From: Octopus sinensis
Lineage: Eukaryota
DNA: 20,432 nt
Direction of reading: 5' to 3'
Assembly (NCBI RefSeq): GCF_006345805.1
Contig: NW_021823966.1
Location: 1 to 20,432, forward strand
In this document: positions 9,941 to 20,432 of the stretch, piece after piece
Numbering within the stretch: position 1 is the stretch's first letter
Layout: each line of letters begins with the position of its first letter
Program-made: the position numbers and the translations under genes
Notes under the pieces: generated by a model
Told to the model about the DNA's origin: nothing
Databases searched by the model: none
What the model saw: the letters and a program-made list of their open reading frames with translations, nothing else

Positions 9941-10184
9941 TTTTGAAGAATGAAAATTATTTGAGAACAAACTCTGATCTTCCCTTTGTCCAAAATGTTT
10001 CATTCAAAAATTCAACACATTCACATTCCGCTGTCCTTTCTAATCAATCAGGCTCTAGCGTTTCAGTTTTGTATTACACATATACATTAACCTGTAAATG
10101 CAAGTTGTGAGTTTCTACAAGACATTATCTTACCTTTCTCTCGTCCACTCTGCCGGCAAAAATTAGTAGTATCTCTGTTTTTAA

Positions 10185-10860
10185 AATGACTACCCTTATC
10201 CTATTCTGTGTATCATGGTATCTCCATGAGAACTACGCTAAGAGTACGCGTATATGTGGATTGCTCAGCGACTTGCACGTTAACCTACTGCTTGGCATGA
10301 GCCCCATCTAGGGATCGGCTAAAACTGCTGGTTGTTCGTTGTATTTAAAGTGCATGGCTAATGTACATTGCATTTGCTGAGGTGTGTTTAACAATATTTA
10401 GTAGATTAAGCTCACCATTATTATACCTGACTAATTCTAGAGGACATTTTATGTCATAAATCGCCAGTTTTGTACGACGAACATATTTACTGTCTCCAAA
10501 AAGGGCTTTTTTTAAAAACATTTCCCATCTATATCATTCATTGAATTTCATACACATTCGCATTTGGTACCATAGTTTCAAAAGAAATAAAATATGTATT
10601 TTTGCAATTGAACAGAAAAGGATAAATATGCTTTTTCCCAACGATTACCATGTGGGACTTTTCGAAGAATTTATCGTAATTTCCAAAATAAATGACATGT
10701 GAAGAAAAATTTAAATGCAATATATTATTTTTAACTCCTAAGACACCTGCCAAACACAAAATATATGAATAAAATATTTGGCAGTTAATGGGTTTAAATT
10801 CACGAGCGGGCTGTTCCGTTGATCGAAAGTCCAGTCGTCATAACCAACGGAATGCTAGTT
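10185..10860 (+). repeat. Interspersed repeat fragment apparently split at TTAA (10185-10283 and 10794-10860)
   Basis: The halves ...gacttgcacgttaa and ttaaattcacgagcgggctgttccgttgatcg join into a continuous repeat that I recall from octopus DNA. This cannot be verified within the window. Confidence 0.45.
10284..10793. mobile_element. Candidate non-autonomous piggyBac-like insertion
   Basis: TTAA at 10280-10283 and 10794-10797. The ends are CCT... and ...GGG(T), with weak inverted similarity (cctactgc versus cccattaactgc). The interior is AT-rich and non-coding. Confidence 0.45.
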
Positions 10861-11171
10861 ACAGGTTTACCTTGAACTGGTAGCATTTAGCATGTTCTTT
10901 CGTCAAATCACACAACTAAACACATAGTTTGTCGGGGATATGTAATAAGCAATATATTGATTACTTTGCAATGACAGTTATGGATTCGAACTCTTCCGGT
11001 AACCTTACATTTCTTGTTATATTTTATTTTCGTATTAATAATCTTTGTAAAACGCATTTAACACTTTTTGTACATATCTACTTATTTACACGTATGAATG
11101 CACAAGTCTGCGTGTTGTGTTTTGTCAGTCAATCTACTTGCTTATCTTTCTCTCGCTCATACCCTCACTTT

Positions 11172-11175
11172 TCTT

Positions 11176-11216
<41 letters not shown>

Positions 11217-11228
11217 CTCTTTCTTTCT

Positions 11229-11286
<58 letters not shown>

Positions 11287-11312
11287 TAGATAGATAGATA
11301 GATAGATAGATA
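11172..11312. repeat. Compound microsatellite (CT)n-(TA)n-(GA)n-(GATA)n
   Basis: Directly visible. Confidence 0.96.
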
Positions 11313-11421
11313 AGTTTCTTTATTGGCCACACAGGGCTGCACACAGATGGGACAAGTTACAAGGTAGAGCTTTTCTTTTGGGGGATGAAAAAAAAGGTGG
11401 CGTAGGTCTTCGATCAAAAAC
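11313..11421 (-). mobile_element. Second, shorter copy of the (GATA)n-inserted retroposon 3' end
   Basis: Same junction (gatagata|agtttctttatt) and same orientation as the copy at 5289. It is truncated at the element's 5' side after cgatcaaaa. Confidence 0.7.
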
Positions 11422-11633
<212 letters not shown>

Positions 11634-12328
11634 CATATATATACGTGTGTGTAAAGAATTAAAAATTGATATAGATAACTAGGAGCGAAGGAAATTTTCT
11701 ATGATCACTAATTGTGACTGGGGGCACCTATATTGCTAGAAATAAGAGTTAAACGCTCTTACTGTTATATGAAGCAAACGGTATATATACATTGACAGGA
11801 AACATAACCTCCCTATTCGCGACTGCAGGATCACTGCTCTAAACTCGTTTTGCCTATGAGTGGCAACTCATTTGCTCTCTGGTTTAGCCAAGTTGGCCTC
11901 TTACCAAATAAATAGTCAACGATAAGCACTGTATGTCCAGTGAGTACCAGTGAAAGACAAACATCTTTGCAAAGTACACCAGCAGGAACTTTTCTTCCAC
12001 CGTTGTTAATGCTTTTACAGAAGTGCCATTGGTGCTGAATCAATGACTTTTTGTTAATGTTAGTAAACGAAGGATAGTCGAGGAAGATGTAAACGTGTTT
12101 GTATTTAATTGTTTGTGCGTTTGTGTGTTCGCTTATATTTGTTCTGTGTGCGTTCGTGTGGGATTTCCTATTTCGAACGTAAATTTGATTTCAGTCAGCG
12201 ATATATATTCATACATACAAGTATATATATATATATATATATATAATATAATATATTATATATGGGGGGGGGCATATATACACGCATATTAACATATAAG
12301 GATTATTATATTATATATTATAGATATA

Positions 12329-12364
<36 letters not shown>

Positions 12365-12455
12365 TATACAGATACACCTAAGTGTATGTATATATGCAAA
12401 TATCTTTATGTGTGTATATGTGTGTATAAATTTGTATACATAGATATATACATAC

Positions 12456-12503
<48 letters not shown>

Positions 12504-12847
12504 ATGTGTGTGTGTGTGTGTGTGTGTTTGTATGCACGCATAAACGTTAGAGTAATTGTTGACTATTTTCCTCGCATTTCTCATACGTTATTTCATTTTA
12601 TTTATTTATTTATATTTTTTTTGCCAATTTATTACTCGATGAAATATGGTATACAAATAAAAGGATACAATCAAAATATAAATCAAAACATCCCAATGCA
12701 AACATCAATTTATATAATGGTCAAAATGAAGGATTTTTAGATTGCTGACACAGCAGTAAGCTTAAATTGCTAATAGAGGCAAATGACCTACGCATGTATA
12801 TAAAATTTAGCTATGAATATCATGTCCAGCTACTTCAATTTTTATGG

Positions 12848-13209
12848 CCTTCAGTTTCGTCCATTATCATTGAAGATTTGGGTTTGTGACGCGTGTCTGG
12901 GAAGTTTGTGCTCGAACAGTTTTCTGCTGACCAGAAGGACACTCGGGTTTCCGTTGCACAAGATTTTGATTGTGTCAGGAACGGTGAAGTCTTTTTGAAA
13001 ACGGTCATATCGGGTGATGAATCGTGGGTCTATGGCTATGACACCGAAACGAAGGCTCAGTCTTTCTTCGAGACCGAAGAAAGCACGAATGACTCGAAGA
13101 CACTTCCGAACGAGACTAGTGTGAAGGAGATTAAATGCCAAATTGGTACATTGAAGTTTTGAAGTTTTATATTTAAAGAATCAGTCCGATCAGAATCCGG
13201 AGACATGTG

Positions 13210-13210
<1 letters not shown>
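12848..13210 (+). mobile_element. Mariner fragment: first-Asp region fused to a probable 3' terminus
   Basis: Reads SVSSIIIEDLGL*RVSGKFV...FLKTVISGDESWVYGYDTETKAQS and, frameshifted, SSRPKKARM. It then jumps to EGD* and a decayed TIR-like end (cagtccgatcagaatccggagacatgtgta) before (TA)n. Confidence 0.8.
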
Positions 13211-13295
<85 letters not shown>

Positions 13296-13367
13296 CATAA
13301 CATATAGGTGTATACATATATATATGTGTGCCCGTGTGTGCGCGCGTATATTTATATACACACACAT

Positions 13368-13595
13368 AAAAAGTCGCAAGGGGTGAGATCTGGCTGCACG
13401 GTGGGTATCGGACCTGGGGAATGCTGTGCCTAGCCAAAAACTGCTGCACAAGCTGCGCTGAATGGGCAGTTGCGTTCTCATGGTACAAATATCACTCACT
13501 GGACACATGAAGTTGTGGCCTTTTCCGACGAACAGCATCATGCAATCTCCGCAAAACGTCACGATTGTACTCCTTGTTTACTGTCTGACCATGTT
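13368..13595 (-). mobile_element. Mariner (DD34D) catalytic-domain fragment
   Basis: The minus strand reads HGQTVNKEYNRDVLRRLHDAVRRKRPQL...YHENATAHSAQLVQQFLARHSIPQVRYPPCS/PDLTPCDF. There is one stop and one frameshift, and the spacing is 34 residues. Confidence 0.88.
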
Positions 13596-13596
13596 A

Positions 13597-13636
<40 letters not shown>

Positions 13637-14478
13637 CTCACATTTATGTGTTTACTCCGGTATATATATATGTGTGTGTATATATATATGTGTGTATGTA
13701 TGTATGTATATACACATACAGAGAACGTGTTTCCGTGAATGTTTAGTTGATGCAGAGCATTAAGTGAAACTTAATCAACCCACTTATGATCAAACAGGAT
13801 CTGAGTTAGGGAGATTTAAATGCTAATTGTAGAGATCAGAAGACTGCTTGCACAGTGCCCTCCGCTGTATCCGTTGAAAATGGCCATAGAATCATTGTGT
13901 GTTTGTGTGTATGTATGTTTGTGTGTGTGAGTGTGTGTGTTTGAGCATCTGGACATAAAATTTCATTTCTTGTGCTCTATGCGGCGTAAGTAAGAATGAG
14001 TGCTTGTATGTAGGTGTATATTTTGAGTAGAGACAAAGTCTGTTTGTGAAAGCAGAGGATGACAAAGAGGTGGGGTGGGGGCAGAAAGAGTGAGAGAGAG
14101 AGAGAGAGGGGGGAAGCTTGTGTCTGTGAGCGTGTTCTTATGTGCAGTGATTTTCCTGTATTGCCTAGTGAATATGAGAATGTGTATATTTCCAAGTGAG
14201 TGCATACTCAGAATAGAGAGATAGTGAATGCGTGTTTGCGTGTGTGGAGGTAGAAGGAGAGAGAGAGAGAGACAGACAGACAGAGTGAGGAAGAAAGGGG
14301 AGCAAGTGGGGAGATGAGTGAGAGAGAGGGAGAGAGAGATCAAAACAAAAAAATGAAAGCACGAAATATTTCGCAACACCTACAAACCTTTCTTCCATAT
14401 GCACTTCAAACCGGATAAACCAAACTAAGCACTCAGTACATACCTATTGCATCAGTTGAGAAAAATTTGTTGCATGTC

Positions 14479-14546
<68 letters not shown>

Positions 14547-14584
14547 GTACTGTCTGTTTGTCTGTTTGTCTGTCTGCCTGTCTA
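14479..14584. repeat. (ATCT)n grading into (GTCT)n microsatellite
   Basis: Directly visible. Confidence 0.96.
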
Positions 14585-15640
14585 TCTGGTCATCCCATAA
14601 GTTCCGTGCGATTTTACCTTTTTTAAAAATTAAGTGAAATTTAATAGTATTTTAAAATGTCTAATGGAATTAAAAATTATTTTTATGCATTTGTGTACAT
14701 TTAACCTAATTAAATATCATTTTACAGAATAATAGAATTAAAATTTCTTTGATTAAAACCCTTTCTAACATTAATTGATTAAAAACCTTTCTCCAAAGAG
14801 CATTTAAGGCATATAATGCTTTATGAGTACAAAAAAAAGAAACTCTGCAGCCGAAGCGACTCGAAACATAAACTGAGTTTATGGGAAAGAATGCTTGAAT
14901 GAAAGTACTTGCAAAAGATGGTTTGCAAAATTCAGAAGTGGAGATTTCAGCCTTGAAGATAAAGAGCGAACAGGATGTCCAGTAGAGTTTGATGGTAAGT
15001 TCCATACGGCATTACTTGAAGAAAATCCTGCATTATCAGTTGAAGAATTGGCAATAAAGCTTAGTTCAAACCATACAACTGATCATCGTCATCTTCAACA
15101 ACTTGGAAATGTTCCTAAACTTGGAAAATGGGTGCCTCATGAATTGTCCGAAAGTACCCGCAAATCCCGAGTTGACATCTGTTCTTCTCTTCATTCTCGC
15201 GAACTCATTTCACCTTTGGGATAGACTTGTGACTAGTGACGAAAACTGGATCTTCTATCGAAATGTTAAACGTCATAAACATTGGCTTGATGAAAGAGAA
15301 AACGCTCAACCGAGAAGGAAGCTTAATGGGAAAATGTTCTTCTCTCTATCTGGTGGGATTGAAAATGAGTAATTCATTTTGAATTGTTACCACCTAATGC
15401 AACAATCAATGCTCATGTCTACTGTCAGCAATTAGAGTGTTTGAACGAAGCTTTGAAGAAAAAAAGACACGCTTTAGTGAATCGAAAGGAGCGATGTTTC
15501 ACATACCCAAATCACAGAAGATCGAGGAGCTTGGTTGAGGAAAAATTCCTCACCCACCTATTTTCCCCACCCTGCTCCTTCAGACTACCATTTATTTCGT
15601 AGTTTACAGAATCATTTAAGGGACATAACTTTCGCAGATG
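14585..15640 (+). mobile_element. Mariner element, 3'-truncated, with transposase pseudogene
   Basis: A TIR-like start (tctggtcatcccataagttccgtgcgatttt) follows TA at 14583. The broken ORF includes KEHLRHIMLYEY, RWFAKFRSGDFSLED, WVPHEL, LVTSDENWIFY, TINAHVYCQQL and PSDYHLFRSLQNHL. There are several frameshifts, the HDNARPH motif is deleted and no right TIR was seen. Confidence 0.92.
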
Positions 15641-16488
15641 GTGTTACTCAATGTTAAAACTGGGACGCTTCCCAAGCTGGCGGTACCCACGTAATTTGGC
15701 AGAGAACATTGGACTGAGACAAAACGATGCATGGAATATATGCGATCTGTCTGTCTATCAGTCTAACTATTTATCAAATTGCTTAGAGCGAGCTACATGG
15801 GGAAAATAGAGGCAAGTGATAAATTAACAGCTTTGGAATTAAAAAAACGAAAAAGGAATTTTCCACTTTGAAATAAATACGAATTCATACGCAGACAGGC
15901 GAGCACATGCGCGATGAACCACAAACGTGTCACAAAATAATCTATGTTGATAGGACATTCATATCACTAACTCGCACTCATATACGATTGCATACATTAC
16001 ATACATATAGATAAAGGAATACATGTACACATAGTCACTGAGAATGAAGAGGGCTGTCGGTTACGCACACATACACACGCACACATTCACACAGACCCAC
16101 ATACACACATACAAACACGTGCCCATCCGCACACACAATACGAGACAGGCAATGTGTATGACGTGCTCCATAATACTTTCTGTGTCCTGAGATGAACAAA
16201 CAGGTAGACGGACAAACGGAAGATATGAACCTAACTTCTGACAAGGAATGGATGGAATGAAAAATTGCTTTCATTGGGGCTTGAACTCAGGTTGCTGGGT
16301 ATCGAAGCAACTGCAACACTGTTACTTTATCCCATGCTCTGACGACTCAAGACATTTTCTGTATTATACACATAATGACACACATACTTACAAATATGAA
16401 TACTGACACAGATACGTACACACATATACACACACAAACACACGCACATACACGCACACACACACACATGCACACACTCACACACATG

Positions 16489-16521
<33 letters not shown>

Positions 16522-16649
16522 GCATGCAGAAATACACGTGGACATATATATCGGCACACACGCGTGCCAAGGCAGAAAATCGAAGCAGCATATACAAATA
16601 TAGACAATTTATTGTCACGCATAAAAAATACATTTATTTCCATACACGC

Positions 16650-16663
16650 ATATATATATATAG

Positions 16664-16709
<46 letters not shown>

Positions 16710-16795
16710 TAGATAGATAGATAGACAGAGGGATAGATACATATATACATACATACGTACATACATACACACATACATACATACATACATACATA
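16650..16795. repeat. Compound (TA)n-(GA)n-(GACA)n-(GATA)n-(TACA)n microsatellite
   Basis: Directly visible. Confidence 0.95.
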
Positions 16796-16875
16796 TTACA
16801 TTATTTTTTTTTCACTCAAATATATTGTAAATATACAAATACGTCTATATATATATATATATTTATATATATTAT

Positions 16876-16906
<31 letters not shown>

Positions 16907-17159
16907 CATACATATATAGATATATATATATTATATATTATATATCTAGAATAATATATATAATATATATATGATATATATATATATATATGTGTGTATT
17001 TATATATATAATATATATTAGATATAATATAATATATATATATTTATATGATATGGTGGGTATGTGTATGGTGTTGGCAGCGGAGTCAGATCTATGTGTT
17101 GAATGAATAACTCTGTAAACGTCCATCAAGAGCCATTATTAATGACGACATCCATCACT

Positions 17160-17184
17160 ACGAACGAACGAACGAACGAACGAA
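17160..17184. repeat. (ACGA)6 microsatellite
   Basis: acgaacgaacgaacgaacgaacga. Confidence 0.95.
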
Positions 17185-17535
17185 ATGAAAATGAAAAGAA
17201 AAACAAAAACAAAAACAAAATTTTAAATAAGAAAAACAAAAAGCAGCCAATATTTCCACGTTACTTTGCAACAATTTAAATAATGACGGGGAGAAAAAAA
17301 ATTTTCAATACAAACACCAAGAGAAGAGACATAACAAACGACAACAAAACGAGAAAGAATCGATAACAGCTATAAAAATTTATTACCACACAAATTTAAT
17401 AAAATTGTTGCTTTCTGTTTAGTTTTTAGATTTCACGAAAGTTATGAAAAAAGATAATATATATATACATTATGTATATATATATATAATATATATATTA
17501 TATATATTATATATAATATATATAGTTATATGTTA

Positions 17536-17597
<62 letters not shown>

Positions 17598-17609
17598 ATA
17601 TATATTATA

Positions 17610-17652
<43 letters not shown>

Positions 17653-17775
17653 GTATGTATGTATATATGTATATATGTATGTATGGAAGTAGGTATGTGT
17701 GTTGTATGTATGTATGCAGTTCTGAAAGAATATCGAGATATGTATTTATATATAAATATATACTTATGCACACGC

Positions 17776-17818
<43 letters not shown>

Positions 17819-17861
17819 CTCACACACACACACACTCTTTCTCTCTCTCTCTCTCTCTCCC

Positions 17862-17899
<38 letters not shown>

Positions 17900-18588
17900 T
17901 CTAGTTTTAGTTATTTCACTACGGCCATTCTGGAGCACCGTCTTTAGTCGAGCAAAATGCCCCCCCCCCCGACTTATTCGTTGTAAGCATAGTACTTATT
18001 CTATTGTTCTCTTTAGCGTAACCACTAAGTCATGGGGACGTAAACACAGTAGCATTGGTTGTCAAGCGATGGTGGGGGACAAACACAGACACACAAATAT
18101 ATACACACATACACACACACACACACAAACACATATATATATATATATAACAAATTAAACTAGCAACTTGCCGCACGAGTGAAAAAAGAAAAACAAAAGG
18201 AAAGAGGATTTGAAAATGCAGAGGTCTTTTAAAGACGTTTATTGACTTGAGAGGTTTCAGTTTTATAAAAAAAGATTTTCAATACTAAAATGCAAAGCCT
18301 TTTGTACCCTTTGTTGTGTTAAAAAATGGTGATCATAGTTGTATTAATATACAGTTTTACAATCTTTGATAATGATGAGAAAACGTTAAGAGGGGTTTTT
18401 TTGTTTAAACAGTTTACATATATATGTATACGACAGGCTTCTTTCAGCTTCCGTCTACCAAATCCACTCATAAGGCTTTGGTCGAGCCGAGACTATAGTT
18501 GAAGACACCTGCCCAAGGTGCCACGAAGTGGGAGGGGACCCGGAATCATGTGGTTGGTAACCAAGCTACCTACCACAGAGCCCCTCCT
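17900..18588 (-). mobile_element. SINE family C interrupted by about 270 bp of foreign sequence in its internal microsatellite
   Basis: The body at 17900-18148 is homologous to 3795-4005. The head at 18427-18588 has a tRNA-like start and cttgggcaggtgtcttc on the minus strand. Confidence 0.88.
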
Positions 18589-19109
18589 TCGGATATAGAT
18601 GTGTGTGTGTGTGTATGGATATATATATATATGCGTTTGTGCATGTGATATGATGCTTATGTTATACATATTCGTATATATATGTGTGTGTGTATGTTAG
18701 TGTTTGTGTGTGTGTATGCGAATGTCTGTGTTGTGGACTTCATGCAAAATTTTCTTGTTTTTCCTATGCGTATACATGTTTAGAAATGGAACAGCCGCAA
18801 AATCCCATATGCACTATTATTCACTTTGTCATTTCCAACGTTATAATAACATTTATTTCGATCGATTTAAATACACTCTTTGAGACTGAATTAAATAGTA
18901 GAGTATTATACATAATCTTGACACAATCTCTATGCGATTATTGCCCCTTATCGTTACCTGCGTCTGACTTTAGCTCCTTTTGATATTTGTAGATCTACAT
19001 CCGTTTCAATGTTGAGCGACGTCTTTGCTTGCATATGAAAATTCCTCCATTAAAATCATTCCCCTACTGATTTCAACAAGAACGCCTCGTTTACCTCACA
19101 ATCCAAGGG

Positions 19110-19720
19110 GGTGATAATATGCTGTGAATGGTCGAATAAATTCCGAGAACTTTTAGAATAAGGGACCAGTAAACTCTGCTGTTTATATGAAGGACATTTC
19201 TACTCAGCCGTCTGGCCTACTACGCTCAACTGTGGTCTTCCTACAATGTCAAATTAATAGCAAAATTTGAAGCAGTACAGCGATGAAACACCAGGAAAAT
19301 TGCATCAATGGAACAGCTGAGCTACTGGAAGGGAAAATGAATCTACTCACTTGAGCGAAGATATATGCAGTGATATACGCATAAAAGATTCTGGAGGGTT
19401 TAGCACCAAACTTTGGCATCGAAAACTATACCAATGCCCGAACAGGATGTCACTGCACTGTTTAAGGGCTTTTAGATTGAGGAACATGTTTCGCAATAGC
19501 TTGTAACTGAAAGCTCCGCAGCTATTTAATACCTTGCCAAAATATGAGGGATCTAATAGCGTAGTGGTAGGTATTTTCAGGAAACATCTTGACCCACTGC
19601 TGTCCAGCTAAGATGAACCTACATCACAGCAAGATACTCGATAGACGACAGGAATATCGAGCTACCGTCTACACCCAAAGCTAATCACAGAGGAATGACC
19701 ATTGAAAAAGTTGATAACAG
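19110..19720 (+). mobile_element. Decayed CR1/L2-group LINE ORF2 C-terminal fragment
   Basis: Broken translation: RTFRIRD...TFLLSRLAYYAQLWSSYNVKLIAKFEAVQR*NTRKIASMEQLSYW...YSLERR...YAVIYA*KILEGLAPN...PQLFNTLP...FRKHLDPLL. This matches the post-RT pattern of CR1-like LINEs (WSP..E.VQR..L.Y..SLE.RR). It has many stops and frameshifts, and the boundaries are approximate. Confidence 0.8.
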
Positions 19721-20214
19721 TGTGACACCACAGCATGGCTTCAGCCTTTGGGCTGAAATGCATAAAAGAATAATAGAATGTATTAAATAAAATTTTAATT
19801 GACATTATATTATTCACCATTCGTATATTATTTAAATGATAATTATTTTTTATTGTATCTGAATATTGCTTTACGTGCCAAGTATTATATAAATAGAAAC
19901 GAAACTTGTTTAAAATTTCCGAGTTAATCATTTAAAAAGCAATTCCCGTATTCATTGGCCGTTACACATTTCTATTAACATTTAAATATTTACTTTTAAA
20001 CGGGAGCGACTGTGCCAATTTCGTAGTTGACGAAGAGGAGTAACAGAAATGCATGCGTACTTTAACGTAATGACGTCACTTACTATGCACTTACTATTCA
20101 TCCATGATACGTTTTATGATATCAGATAACACCCGAACGTGTAAACTGATGTCACACAATTATATTCAAGGCTGATTCGTCAGACTTTATTTTTCAAAAC
20201 ACATTTTTAATTAT

Positions 20215-20425
20215 CTTTTATTTATTTCAGTCAGTAGACTACGGCCATGTTGGGGCACTGCCTCGAAAAATTTTAGTCGAATTGATCCCTGAGATTTTTA
20301 ATGGCTGGAACTTGTTCTATCGCGTTTCTTTCGCTGAACCGCTATTTATGAGGGTATTCACATACCAACAACCGGTTGTCATAGTGGCAGGGCAAGGCAA
20401 CAAAAAGACACACACACATATTCAT
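20215..20425 (-). mobile_element. Old SINE family C 3' part
   Basis: tttcagtcagtagactacggccatgttggggcactgcc...ttagtcga...ctgaaccgcta...ggttgtca is homologous to 3800-3990. Confidence 0.8.
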
Positions 20426-20432
20426 ATTGACA

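Noticed and set aside
11820-12090. Unique-looking sequence as a possible exon
   Set aside because: No convincing acceptor-donor pair with an open frame or recognisable protein.
14780-15640. Domesticated SETMAR-like gene or active transposase
   Set aside because: Stops, frameshifts, loss of the second catalytic Asp motif and no SET domain.

Overview
AT-rich, microsatellite-dense eukaryotic non-coding DNA. The repeat types look cephalopod (probably Octopus; inferred from recalled repeat families, not from a search). No intact host gene, RNA gene or CRISPR array is supported, and most tracked ORFs are microsatellite artefacts. The window holds four decayed Tc1/mariner-superfamily relics (one DD37D/maT, three mariner), about ten tRNA-derived SINE copies in three families (my labels A, B, C), a CR1-like LINE 3' fragment, a Penelope-like fragment with a degenerate hammerhead motif, and a possible TTAA-flanked insertion. 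The best leads concern target-specific retroposition. Two near-identical retroposon 3' ends sit at the same phase of (GATA)n arrays. A SINE variant with a related 3' tail appears inserted at the homologous site of an older copy of its own family. There is also a template-switch inverted duplication in a SINE and a mariner whose missing middle lies inverted beside it.
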